A DNA stretch of 64,000 nucleotides from Lingula anatina (Eukaryota > Animalia > Brachiopoda). This document shows positions 1 to 13,524 of the stretch, in pieces (within the stretch, counting starts at the first letter, position 1; every line of letters starts with the position of its first letter). The stretch covers positions 45,638,401 through 45,702,400 of the forward strand of contig CM120641.1 in NCBI GenBank assembly GCA_051362555.1, read 5' to 3'. The translations under genes and the position numbers were made by a program. Below the pieces are notes generated by a model. The model did not search any database. It was not told the DNA's origin and saw only the letters and a program-made list of their open reading frames with translations.

Positions 1-46
1 CCTCTGCGCTGTCATTCAGACCTGACTTAAAGTATGTCCAGTAATA

Positions 47-160
47 CACACCAAGATACGGACAAAACGAAATATTTCGTGCTTGACCAGACCATCCCGC
101 GATAGACACCAAGATGTGTGGAGAGAACGAGATATTTCGTGCTTGACCATCACGCGATAG
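47..160. repeat. Two diverged ~57-bp tandem copies
   Basis: acaccaagat...atatttcgtgcttgacca...cgcgatag occurs twice. Confidence 0.8.
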
Positions 161-781
161 GCAGACCGGGTGCTGACCCTGGCGTCCACTTTCATAATCT
201 CAGTCACTTTATTTCCAGATTTAACTTCTGTGCCCTTCTTTGCATATAGGCCACTCCTGTTTTCACTCCATTTGCAATTATATTTTTTATCTCATAAACA
301 CTTTATATTTATAGGCCCATTTAAATTATCTAAATTCTGATTTTAATGGACAGTCACTTGCTTTGCGTGTTTTACACGCTGTCAGTTTTGACATCTTGTA
401 TACATGTATGCACAAATTGTCAAGGCTTTAAGATTCACAGGTGCACCTGCACAACTGCCGCCCATACTCACACGGCATACTAATCAAAAACTTCTACTCT
501 TTCGTTAACCGATCATCACAGATCATATTAAAACTGACGCTCTCTGCATGAGGCCTCTTTTAAGATCCCGCCTCCTAGACTTAAGTATAGGCTTAATGAG
601 GCTCTGGAAACAGTTATCTCTCAAGTATTCCTAGTACAATTACAGCGTGTTCTCTTTTAGTACATGTCTCTACTTCACTTGATTATTATTTTTTCGATGG
701 TAATTGATCCAGTGGAGGTGCTACTTTTTTTCTTTCAAATAAATCTCTAAAGGATGTCTGTGTGAGTGTGCGTTCTTTGCA

Positions 782-835
<54 letters not shown>

Positions 836-917
836 CAGAGAGGGGGAAGGAGAGAGAAAAAGAAATAGAGAGAGAGAGAGAGAGATGAAAGAGGAAGAGA
901 AAAGAAAGCCAGCGGGG

Positions 918-961
<44 letters not shown>
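782..961. repeat. Compound (GT)n/(GA)n microsatellite
   Basis: Direct reading. Confidence 0.95.
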
Positions 962-966
<5 letters not shown>

Positions 967-3900
967 TGCTTCATGCTTCAGGAGTGAAATCGTTTGAAAG
1001 GCAAACGGTGCGCTCACTTGCACCACACAACCCGTCCAAAAAACTTTATCTCATACAGTTTTCTTTTCTTCCATCCAAATCGCTGTCAAAACACAAAATA
1101 TGACAGTCTAGTTTGAAACAACAAGGGCAAAGATCGTTGGCACTGACACAATAACGATTGAGATGCGGCTGTGTCTTTCTCCAAGTTGCAGAACCAGATG
1201 ATAGCAGACTGTGTCCTCTGCAAACACTGGAAGAATTCAGAAACTGCACCTTGAGTGGCACAGCCTTCGGCATTCACTATCTATTTCACCTGCACAATTC
1301 CACCTCTATTCAACTTCAATAATCACTAAAGAAAATTTGTGTTGAATTCTTACTACAGTTAGAGCTGCCAATTCTGTGGCTTTTCGTCTATTGACACTCA
1401 TTTTTTACAGTAAATGCCTGTTGGTTTGATGTTACTGTATTGTTACTCTATTAATAACGGGCTAAACAAAAGATGAGAAATAAAAAAATTGGCAATTCTT
1501 GAGAACGGGAAGGGCAATTTCATTTGAACACTCTTTGTACTAAAGTACAAAATACTTACATATAAATATAGGCACCGTGACTTTATCGGAATATTTATTA
1601 CATCATAGTTCTTTTGGCCATACCTTCCCAAACACATACATGTTGGCATAGGACGTAATCTGCAACTTTATGACATGAATAACGCAAAGGAATCGGAGTT
1701 GCAAATATAGATAATTAGAGCATTTAAAAGGGGAAAATATACCCAAAATTCTTACATTTAATCAATATTCACGGCCGTAAGTCATTTGTGACCTCGAATG
1801 ATCCGTGTCATGTCAGATTCCAGGTAACAACAGAGAGATCGCTGAAAATGACGACTTTCTAAAATCAAACATGAGTAATGATGACGTACCCACAAAAGTT
1901 ACTCCAAGCCTTAATCAATAACTAAACACATGCTTTTTTCTTTTGGTGTCTTTTAAGTCACATTTTCTTTGAATGAGGGCACAGGTGTTGACGCAGTCCC
2001 TACTTGAGGCAATAATACGCAATAGAGAAATATTGGAGAACAATAACTTTCGTTTTAGTTACTGATTGAGAGAACTATCAAAGAGATACCAAGTGGTTCC
2101 CACGGCTCATGGGAAGGTTTTCACCGCGTAATGTAAAATGTAAAAAATAAGAAAAGAAGGCATTTGGAGAGAAGTAGGTACAAGGGTACGGGGGTAAGAT
2201 AAAAAGAGGTGATTGGTGGGGTGGGTGGGGTTAAAGACGTGTGTGTTACTGGTAAAAAGGGAGAGGGTTCATAAAAAAAGACGGGATGGGGACAGTACAG
2301 GTATCGGTGTGGACGCAGGTTGTGTTTTTACATTGTAACTTTATTCACATACGACTAACAGGTATCTTCCGTTTTGTCTCAGAATCCCCTTTCTTTCCAG
2401 GTATTATAAAAGTGATTGACACGATAATCAATTGGACTCTTTTTCTGGATGCTTACTATTGTCTAGCATGGGAAAATTAAAAGAGAGAGAAAGAAAGAGA
2501 TCAAACAAAAAAACAAGAAAGAAAAAAAGGAGGTGCTGATATTGGAATGAAAATTAAAAAGATGGGAGCAAACAGAAAATGGCAACCCGACACGGTGAAC
2601 CTGAACCTTGCTTACGTGACTCGATGGTGAAAAGAAAATCGGTGAAATCATATAAGATGTCTCACGATAGATGAGAAAGCATCCTTCCTTCCTTCTCACG
2701 ATGACACAGGCTGCAATATTGACGTGTTCGCCGGTGATACCCGTCATGCAACTGACACATAGGCTTCGAAAACATCCACTTGTTCAGGCCGCTAATGGCG
2801 GGTCCATGATGCCATGCAGGGATGTTAGTGTGGCTGAAGATGGGATAAGGCCGCATTTGTCAAGGGCACCAACCTTAGCTTGCTTTTTGCCTTTTCAGAT
2901 TAAACTCAGCACATTAGAAAGGCAGTGGAAGAATTTTAAACAGGCGCTTGTCTTCCATTCATGACCTATCTTCAATCGATTTCAGTATTTTCGTGATTGG
3001 GGATTTACATATGATCTTACTGAAAAGCTAAGGTCACGTAATACAGTAGGATTGGCCCTTCCTCTTTCCAGAAAACTTGCCTTAAAAAGTACAATGCAAT
3101 TCCAATCTCTAATGTATGTCTTGGCCCTAACCACCCGACAGTATTCTAGCCTCGGTGTCTTGACACGAAAACGTGAGCACTCAAAGCAAATGAATAGAAG
3201 ATAGGGATTTTTTTCATGCACTGCACAACATTTAAAGTTGTCCACGAGTACGAAAACGACTTGGTTAATGAAATTAAAATAGAGATAACAAATATAAAAG
3301 ATATGTGTTTTTGTTTGTTTGTTTGTTTCTTCTCTTTCTGCAGTCCCTGATAATATATTTTAAAGCTCATAATACTCTAAAAGATCACCTTTCACGTATG
3401 AAAACGAGTGTGGAGTTTACTGTGATCATGTATAAGACATTAAAATAAGAAATACCTACATTCGATAATAAAACTATATCATTAGTATCATTATAATTAT
3501 TATCACCATCAAAAAGAAAACATGGCATTCCATAGTAAATGACACATAAGTCACTTAATCAACAAACGCAGTGCCATATTTCTGTATAAAGAAACAATTA
3601 CATTACGTGCTATTTAGACTGACTCCGACTTCGATTTAGCCACTTAACAAATGCTTTATATATAGCCCGTATTTCTGATTTAAGTATTGCTACTGACACC
3701 GTAAAACCACAACAAAATCAGTGAACTAAGCTATCCATTGACAAGATAAAGAAAATGCATAGTAATGTCTAGATGTAGATTTATTTTAATAAAAAAGTAA
3801 TTATAGTCTCTCTCTCTCTCGCTCTCTGTTCACTGCTCTAGTAGGAACATATACTCTTTCACGCTGTAATTTGGTTGTTTACCAAGAATGGGTCTGGTTT

Positions 3901-6900
3901 TAGTTTTAGAGACTTTGTTCAAGTAAATCCAGTTATATGAAAGCGGGTTTATAAAAAGGGGCGACCAATATTAAGCATGAAAAGGTGAATGAATAAATAC
4001 ATAACTGTAATCAATGTTTGTCTGTCTGTCTGTTTTTTGTTTGTTGTTTCATTTGTTTTTCTGGCTCGACTGTGTCAGTTTAAAAAAAAACTCGCCAATA
4101 TTGAACGTTGCAAAGGGTGCGTTTTCTTTTTCTTGCTTCAAAACCAGTATGCGATGTTGGTTCAGTTTATCTGCTCAGACTTCGTTCTCTGCAGCGCTGC
4201 TGCAAGAACAGTGTATTGTTCGCGTTTCCCATTGCTTTGAAGTGAAGATAAGGGAAGTCAAAAGGGCTCAATGTCTTTCTTTATCTCTAGAACAGTAACC
4301 ACGATATCTGCCTTTCTCTCGTACATTCAACTTCAGGATATCCGAGTAAGTACTTATATAATGTTGCAATTGCAATTAGTATTTTAATGCTACATCACTT
4401 ACCCGCTTGTGTTAGGAATAATGGCTTTACATTTTGTGACTGAATTTTACACAGACTTGAAAAACGAGAGTTCTAAGAGGAAAGCATTAGGTGTAAAGTG
4501 CGTCAGATTATTTAATGAAGCAAAGGGATATTTGACGGGGATAATAACGGCACAAAAAAATTAAAACGAAAGTCAATAAATAAAATTAATATCTGTGAAA
4601 CAAACACGTATACTGTGGTTTGAAGAAGAACAGAAATGTTTAATGAACGAAAAGTGAGAAAATCATCGGCATGTCGCTACTCGCCACTTGAAGACTCTTC
4701 TCTTCGCTGACTAGGAGCGCCCTCTTTATGCCAATTTTGATGTTTCTTTTTACTGCTAGGTGTCACTACCGTACAGTCTCTCATTCATTCTACTACCACA
4801 AGAGGGTGTTGCTGTCAATTTCACGTGGAAAAAAAAAGCCGAATGCATCAATTGTGAGTAGAAAGATAACAGTAACTCACCTGCCGGAGCAACTTGATGG
4901 TAAGACGAAGACGTCGTTAAATTCCATGTCAAGTTGTCCCTGCGTATGGAGTAGTAAATCCTATAAATCCAATACCCTGCAGGTGTAAGTTGTTGGTCTT
5001 GCACCCATGGCGAAATTCGTTGCGAAATGGGAGAAACTCATTTGCTATCCCGGGCGCCTTGATTTTTAAGGCACAGATCAAATACATCTCAATAAACGTA
5101 GAATGGAGACGCTGAATGAGTGTCATGTTTTATATTGTGGTTTCCAGCCACTCCGCTGCTGTGTTGCTTCACGGGTCTCCGGGAAGGAACTACCGTTTCT
5201 GAAAGGAAGACTTCTGTTTAAATTCAACCCTTTTATATTAGAAACACACCGCAAATGTTACATCTTTAGTGCACACTTGACTTTTGGATGTGTGCGTTCC
5301 TAAATGTCAGAACGAAAGCTTCAAATGTTAAAATCCATTTTTGATTACTTTTACATCTAACATTTTCGTGGTATTTCCCCTGGAGTGGATATAGATTTCG
5401 GGCGAAACCATTTCCACGACTGATGGGGGTGAGAGAGAGAGAGAGAAAAGAAAGAGAATACCCAGGTTCCGGCTGGGTGGTTTGAAGCGATTTTGAAGAA
5501 ATAATCACCTGATGGAACATTACTCGATCTTTTATCCGTCTTTGCGTTGTAGTGCGTAGCCTATTTCCACCAATATTATCCTCCTTGTAAATAGCACAAT
5601 CCTGTCATGTGTCTGGTCCACGCGACACTTATTGAAACGTGGTGGTATCCTAGCAGGTGATGGTGAGGGGAATCACACACATTCCATCCCCTTATATCAC
5701 TTTGCGGGAGCAGCACTCAAGAATACTTTATGTCGGCTTGGGTTGTCGGACGTTTCTTTCCCTTTTCCGAAAGAACCTATAAAGTGAGCAAGACTCTCCA
5801 CTGAATCGATGTTAAATACGAGACTTTCAAGTTTGGCATTTAAAACGAGCCGTTTCGATTAAGCCTGTTTTTGCCTCTCCCCTCCTCTCCCGGTGAATGC
5901 GCGTTCGCCGAAGGCCTGGTGACATTTTACCGACTCGGTGTGATATTTACATTTGACGGGGAATGCGAGTACGCGCTTTATTAGAGCCACCGCGGTAAAT
6001 GGGAGAGAAATGGCAACGGCGTGAGAGGCGAAGGGAGAGAGACGGGAAGACAATCTCAGTTTGCGTGACCTTTCAAAACTAGCATTGATTCGATTTGAAA
6101 GCCCGACTCCATGACCTATCGTTTTTTGTCAGTGACATTTCTTGGCTGTATCTGATATCGTGTGAATTTCTCTTTTTCGTGACGGTGGATCGATGGAGAG
6201 GTAAAAGTGAAGTATTCCAAGACATCTTGCTGCTTGAAATAATCCCGGGTCATCAGAGACCTGCGTCCCTTTCACTGCCTTCGGATAAATCACTTTGATG
6301 CACCCTTGAAGGTTTTTTTCTGACAAGCCCCTTGGTTAACAAAACCCCTCGTCTCCTGCAATCCCCCCAGAAACCGCCATCCTTTCACTTCAACTCGTCT
6401 ACCCAGAAAGTAATATGCAAAACAAACAGTCTTAATTTGCGTTTAAATGTCACAGATCCGCAACTAATTGAGGCTCGGTTTTCTCTTCAAAGTGAAGGAC
6501 AGGTGTTGCTGTATTTTTGTACTCGACTGTCACGTTTCATTAGAGACCAATATTTCTAGGATATCACGTTGCATTTCCTCAAAACCCTGGGGTACACCAG
6601 GTTTTTTCCTCCTTCGGTTCTTTTTCTTCACTTAAATGGATATAATTATGCTTCTATAGTTACAGCATACTTTACACTTAAGTAAGTGAGATGGACAATC
6701 GCTAATGTTTAAAAGCGTTGCTTCAGTATTCTCCAGCGTTCGAACGCAACTAATTTAAGCGCTTGAGGAGATTTTTCCCACCTCTCCCTCTAAGAGAACA
6801 ATTAGACATCATTCTTGCATTACTTCACCTGGGTGGCTGGAATACGTGACGTCGTCAGCGCGTGAAGGGGGCAAATGCATCGATGACGAAGCAATGTGGC

Positions 6901-8264
6901 TGAAAAAATAATAAATCGGGAAATTAATTTCGGGAAAGGCTTACAATATGTGAACTAGTTTTGCTTGTTTTAACATTACCCATTATGTCTTTTTGATTCT
7001 TATTCTGAAATTGCAATGGTGAAACGTTAATTTATGCGTGCGCGCCTTTAATCTCTGAGCGTGCTCTCTAACAACGCCAGTCTCTCCATACAGCCGTACG
7101 TAAGACCGTCAGTCCCCGCCCCCCTGCGTCCGTCGGTTCACATGTCAATCCGTGAGTAAGTCCCTCCGTAAATCAGTCTGTCAGCCCGTAAGTAATTCGA
7201 TATATATTCTATGTTTTAATAGAATATATCTAATAGCTAATAAAGAAAGAAAAAGAAAAAGCACTTACGCTTGCAGCTTTGCACACTTCGATGCCGCTTT
7301 TCCTCGCAACGCATTACTGCAATAGTGTAAAACAATACGTGCGTTCTCAGCCCCAAAGCACATCTCGCGGTTAAACTGTGAACTTTAAGAAAAAACTGAC
7401 AATATTAGAAGAGGCCCCTACTTCTCTTCTCCACTTCTCAGCCTTTAAAAGATCCCGCAACGGCCACTTAATGCGAGCTCTGGGAACAAATAAATGGAAA
7501 ATGTCTGATTTGAAAAGGTCAATTCACCGCGAACTTATAAGACAAATGTCATAGATTGCATAATTGGTCGTTTATCCGTGATAACTGCGATTTTATCCCT
7601 TGCAGATGGCTCTTTATGCATACAAACAAAGGGGAATCGTTGTCAATAGACTAGTCGTGACGACGGTTCTTCAGTTCAATTACTGTTAAAGCTGAACCCT
7701 GATTGCACGTCGGAGATCAATACTTATTGCTGGTAAACAAGCCCCAGAGCATCTTTAACACGCTTCTTAATTACTGGGAATAATAATGACCTCGTCTAAG
7801 CTGCGAGGAGAAAAGAAATGAGACGCTTTTTAATGAGCCTGAAGGCAATTTGTTGTTCTTTTGTTGATCAGTTATTTTTGTGTGTTTTATATTGATTATA
7901 GATATATTTGTCATTTCTGTAGTGTGCAGTCTCTTTATTCTCTATATAAATGTATAAGTGTTGACTGTTATAATATCAGTATTGACTAAAGATTTTTGGT
8001 ACGTTTCTTCGCCTGTCCCCCGACCCCGCCCCTCTTCTCCAATGCTGTTAAGATCAGTTTAATATTACTTCTTCTGATGTCATTCAGTTCAAACCTCTCT
8101 CCCTTTTCATCTCTCTGCAATCTTTTTTGTCTTTTTTGTTGCCAATGAAGCATGCTGTTAGATTTGTAATTCTCTTTTTTATTCATGAGCACTGGATTAA
8201 TCATTCCAATCGTTGTGTTCGAAATTTTCTTTTCAATGCATGTCACCAGTGTACCGGTGAAACG

Positions 8265-8321
<57 letters not shown>
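8265..8321. repeat. (CT)n(CA)n(TA)n microsatellite
   Basis: Direct reading. Confidence 0.95.
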
Positions 8322-8322
<1 letters not shown>

Positions 8323-10413
8323 AACAAAGCGCCCTTAATAGATCAAACGCGAAGAATTCTCTTGGTAATTACACATTCTTTGGAACAATAGCTGAGAACC
8401 GAAAGCACATACCATAAAGACATCAAAACTGCAAGACAAACTAGGTAAACAATGAAGTCAATGCAAAATTGTCGCCAATAATGTTCTGTGCATAACATTA
8501 TTAATTTGGATATTCCAGTGCCCAAACCCCCTTAATCCCTTAATCCAAATGCTCTTTATCATCAATACCAGTATATATGCAATTGACTGATTTGATTAAC
8601 TTGACATCATTTCTATCATAATTAATTTGTATCTCACCTGTCAACGTCGCGTATCCTTGTGGTCATTTTGTGTGGTTCGAGGGTTGCAAGCGCTGAAATC
8701 CTGTTGCCGACAAGCTGACCCTTGGTCTGGCGTCTGCCCCCCACGCATTTGACGTTGTGGTCCATGGCAACACAGACATACGTCATATGTAAAACACTGA
8801 CGTACGCTACTTCAAAATTGAACAATATCGCGTCCACGCTTGGTCTGTTTATAAGCGGCTAGATTTACGTGTGCATTGATAAAATTACAGGTCATTCGCG
8901 CCAAGCTTTGTAGCAAAGGGAAGCTCGTGTCGTAACGGTTGCCATGGTGATCATTAGAAATCAATGGAATGACGTCTCGAGGCGGGTTTCTCGCGTAAGG
9001 CCAACACGGCTATCTCTGGCTGGAGTGCCTTACGCAAAATCTCGCACAATCAGATCAGTTGAGTAGGTGAAATAATGTAATAGGGAAGGCGACGTCTTTC
9101 TGATAACGGTGTTTTTTGTTTTGATAAACCGATCTGATTTGGCTTTCCGCGATATTTAGCACAGAAGGCCCTACAGATTGCTAACGAGCCAAACTCCAAC
9201 CTTGGCATCTAAGCCAAGTACCCACGTTTTCGAAGGATGACAAATATAACCTTTTCAACCATTAATGACACTCATGAGGAAAAATAGAAAATCTGTTTTC
9301 TGCGGCAAGCCTGCAGTTTCGGTCGCTCTGGGAATAGCTAGAAGTAGGTTAGTCGTCTGCGCATCTGTGCGTATCACCATCGTTTTCCCAGTGTTGCCAG
9401 TATCGTAGTTCTCAGTACGGTCTACCCATAGTTCCATTTTTATAATGATTTTTAACAACAGAAGAAAAAAATGAAAAGTAAGGGAACTTTTTGGCACAAT
9501 GGGTTAGAATACTCCAACAACGCTGATTCCAACTTTCTAGAGAATAACCAGATCTGGCACCTATGAAGATATATTATTGATTCGTTGAACTTAACGCGTT
9601 CAAGACGGGTGGGTTCCTTAGTTAACCGAGGCAAAGTGGTGACTCAATCAGGAGTTAGCTGGTATTTAAAAACCGAGCCCAGTCTTCCTTGTTGTAATCG
9701 GAAGAAATGTCAGTCGGTCGGTTGGGTTTCAAAGAGCGATAGAGATGAGTAATCCTAAAAAATGCAATCAAAATGCTACGAAAGACGGTTTTAACGCGGG
9801 CAGTGTGATCGTGCCCAGGAGTTCTATTGTCGGTGCTGTCAGTCTCGTTCTGGCATCAAAGATCGAAATTTCATCATTAATATTTAGTTGTGTGATTCAT
9901 ATCATAAAATGTTGGTGTTTTTACACGTCCATTTTTATTTATTTATTTATTCATTTCTTTTTCTTTTTTTCGGCTTACTATTATCTGCCTGCATTTTTGG
10001 CAATCTATTTGTCTATTTACAAGATAAGTGAAAAACGTTGACAAAATAACTTTAAACTTTCGACGGGAAGATGATCTTGCATAAACGGCCCGAAACGTAT
10101 CTCGATTTATTTATTATAAGACTATGCAATGGGACCTTGAAAAAGAGACCGAATGAGAATGTTTGGTATGGGAAAAAGGGTGGGGAGGGCTGAAGAGACT
10201 TTTGGGATGTGTCTCTGGGTGACATAATCAATTGCCTACAACACACTTCCTACATGTATAAGACGCCTCATCCTTTTTTATCAAGCTCCCTGTTACACAA
10301 AAAAGCAAGAATATGACAGGGGTCGCCCAATGGTCGCCAAAGCCAGAAATCTGTGTATCTGTGTAAATGCAGCGATTCTTGTGCCTCCATTTAACGACCC
10401 AATCTGGACTTTT

Positions 10414-10663
10414 CAGTGGTGGATTTAGAAGGGGGGGGGGCAGGTGGTCCTGACCCCCCCTCCCCTTCGGTTTCTGAAAATCCAATGGCCCCTCTTGAAA
10501 TTAGAATTTTGACTAGCTGAATCATAGTTCTCAACCGTACCAAATGGCACCGTTCGACCTGTAAAATACCGAAATTTTTCGGGGCCCTGAACCCCACGTC
10601 AAGGGGGGGGGGTCGGCTTCGCATCGACCGACCCTCCTTCAAATAATCCTGGATCCGCCCCTG
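10414..10663. mobile_element. GC-rich MITE with CAG(G/T)GG(C/T)GGAT termini (hAT-like ends)
   Basis: cagtggtggatttag ... cctggatccgcccctg; internal G/C runs; ctttt on both flanks. Confidence 0.65.
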
Positions 10664-11679
10664 CTTTTCCTGTAGAACTTCGAGCGAAATGTGTGTCCAC
10701 TGAGCGACTTGCCTGCCTCCTCTTTGCGTCCCATATGGCACCTTCGGCGTCTAACACGATTGAAGACGAGCAGATCCCAAAGATCGCAATCGTCGAGCTT
10801 CATCTTTGCCATCTCTGTACCATCATCGATTCAGCGACCAATGGCGATGAGGGGCGGTCATTCAACCATGCTCCTGCCTCTTATGGGAATGATGAGCGTT
10901 GTTTGGCCGATCTTTGGCAACTGCCGGACAATCTGGGTACATTCTGGGTCTTTTAAAATTTTTGTTCAGTTCTATATCTGCCTTCCAAGTAAGAACATCT
11001 CCAGAAAACAGATAATTAATGATGAACAACCAGTCATTGCATGCTACTGTTTTACAACCAGATGGTAAATTCTGTCCATGTAAGCAGGATGGACAGACGT
11101 AGATGGATCTATGAAGTTTGTGGGTCCAATGCTGCCTGATACCACACAGAACTGCAAGAACTGTGGCAAGAACAGTGGCTAGAACTGTTACCGAAGATCT
11201 CTTCTTTAATTTGTGAAACAAAGTACCAATAGGACAGCAAGATTGGAAGCTGGTGTAAAGCTAGTCGCTGGTGACAGGTGCTCTTGCTAACAAGGCAATT
11301 ATTAGACTTAGAATTTCAAAGATAAGAGAATGGACTCTACATGTACATCCCTGATGTGCTGGTCGCGACAAGTCATTTCAAATAAAGCAAGCATAAAATT
11401 CAAGGAAGGCAGACGGCAGTTTCGGCCTTACACGTAATGCAGGTAAGGTTTTTGGGGCTCTGCGTTACAAAGATGTGACGTCATTTACACAAGGTGAGCT
11501 ACACAGAGCCAGGGCCAAGCGCGTCTTTTAAAATGTGAACTGCCCTAGCTATCCTTGAGTCTCCTTTGAATGGCCAAATTTGGACTGAGTCGCTTGTCTG
11601 CCTCTCCTGTGCGTCTTCTGTGCATTCTAAGGCGTCCAACGCGATTATAAGGTGCGTTCACAAAAAAACTTTCGCACTG

Positions 11680-11845
11680 GGTATATCGATCCAACTCCGA
11701 TGATTGCAAACAGATAAAAAGATAAACACGTTGAGTAGAACGCAGAAATGGTGGTGATAATACGAGTACGCTGGAAACAAGAGGGGGCGTGCCAATCAGT
11801 AAATATGATTGCATTCAGCGAGAGTCTCCGCAGAGCTGAATCGAT
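11680..11845 (+). mobile_element. MITE family B copy in intergenic DNA, CpG-retaining
   Basis: Aligns to 45740-45915: aaaagataaacacg..ttgagtagaacgcagaaa..gaaacaagagg..gattgcattcagcgagagtc. Confidence 0.65.
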
Positions 11846-13518
11846 ACAATACGATACGATTGTTTCATTGTGAACGCATCCAGAAAGAAGGCAGACGACG
11901 CCAGTCTATGTTTAAGCAACCATGACACCTTTGGTGCTTTATCATGATGGGCAACCTGAAGTGCTTGGAGATATTCTGGCTCTTTTCCCGAGAACGCATT
12001 GTCAGGGCAAACATATAACTACCGGGTACGATACCTTAGGCAGAACAACCTGAGGCACGTTTCTGTCAATATCTTTCATCTCCTTCCCCCCCCCCTTTTT
12101 TTTACCATTTACCGATATCAATAGACAATGATATCTTCACTATCTTATCATAAACAAGCTTCTTTTCCAGCGCCGTTACACCAGGTGCTTGATTTAGACA
12201 CAAAATAACTAGTGTTATTTAGATATAGTTCTGATGATATCTGTTTATTGGATGGGTGGTAAGTGGCGAGGTTAAATGAGGCCAAACACCTGATTTCACT
12301 TATTATAACTGAAGTTGTATTTGTGTGACCTTTCAGGTCTCCTTGTTGGCACGATTACTCAGACCAACATTTTTTTAAAATTAAGAAAATGATGTTTATA
12401 AATGACTGAGTATAGTCTCTAGGCCTTTAAAGGAAGGGGGCTCGTGTTATGTCATGAATATCTCCAATTAATTAAATATTTAAAGATAAAAGATAAAGCA
12501 GTATGATTTTTATGAGGAGAGAGGTTTGTTTTAACAAAAAAACTTAAATTGCACGGAGGCTTCATTAACAACGCATTCAGTTTCAACTGATTCAATAATG
12601 ATGTCTTGTGACATCTGGTTAAATTTTGGTTCTAAAACTCGCGATATTCAAATCGCGATATTCAAATTGGCATATATGTCTTAATTGACAAAATTGAACT
12701 CGATGCAATTAAATGACCATTATTAAGCACTTGTGCATTGTGTTTTATTTACGGTTTCAGTTATTGGCCTAGTTGAGTTTTGGATAATATTTGTCGGGAT
12801 AAAGTTGAAATCTTATTCAAAATTGGCAGCCCTAAACAGCTTTCACGTGTCAAACTTTTCAACCATCTACTACATGTAAAATCTTATTTTGTCGTCTGTG
12901 AGTTTTCAGCTATACCGTTCTAACAGAACATCAATAAAATTATCTAAAGTCATCTTTGGTGTTTCAGGGCGTCCCTTAACAATTCTTTCTCTAAGAGATC
13001 ATCCTTCCTTGGTGTTCCATAGTTATAAGTGACATGCAAAAGCCGTGGCGTAATTTGGGAACATGGCACTAGGATACAATACACTTGCCATTTGATTATG
13101 AAGGCAATGGGGGGGGGGGGGGGGGAGAGTGTTTAACTTTTTAGCGTCTAATTTGTCCGTATTGTAACGTCCTAACAAAAGGTGCTCGTGATATCATCAT
13201 ACGTACTTTTTTCCTTAGATACGTCCAGCTACAAATATACAGTTATTTTATTCTTCATTCGACTTAAGCTCTCCTTAATAGTTATTAAAATGTTTTTTTT
13301 AGGATGAAACGTGCCTTTGGGCAATATAAAACTAAAATATATAAATAACACAGTGAAAAGTGTTTAATGTTCTTTTTAAAGGAACTGGATGTTCTTAGAC
13401 GTGGACAAGAAGTTACAGCAATGGCCTTTTCTTATCTCTCTCTGACTACTGCGTATATTGATGTCAAACTGATTAATTCTTAGATAAAACAACATATTAA
13501 ATTTGTTTGACAAGCAAT

Positions 13519-13524
13519 TTTATT
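13519..13524 (-). terminator. Candidate FADS polyadenylation signal (AATAAA), implying a ~1.5-kb 3' UTR
   Basis: tttatt on the plus strand, near where composition shifts from CpG-poor UTR-like sequence to CpG-containing intergenic DNA; other candidates exist. Confidence 0.35.

Noticed and set aside
686-1103. ORFs rich in SL/RE/TH repeats (similar ones at 7986-8417, 33270-33524, 34295-34574 and 39059-39853)
   Set aside because: They are translations of microsatellites.
1156-1320. Plus-strand peptide RLRCGCVFLQVAEPDDSRLCPLQTLEEFRNCTLSGTAFGIHYLF, faintly like tyrosine-recombinase LCP motifs or a degenerin N-terminus
   Set aside because: Bounded by stops, with no clear splice sites or companion exons; the resemblance is too weak without a search.
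10391-11221. Several overlapping 87-125 aa ORFs in a GC-richer patch
   Set aside because: No recognisable domain, partly derived from a MITE; probably a decayed repeat.
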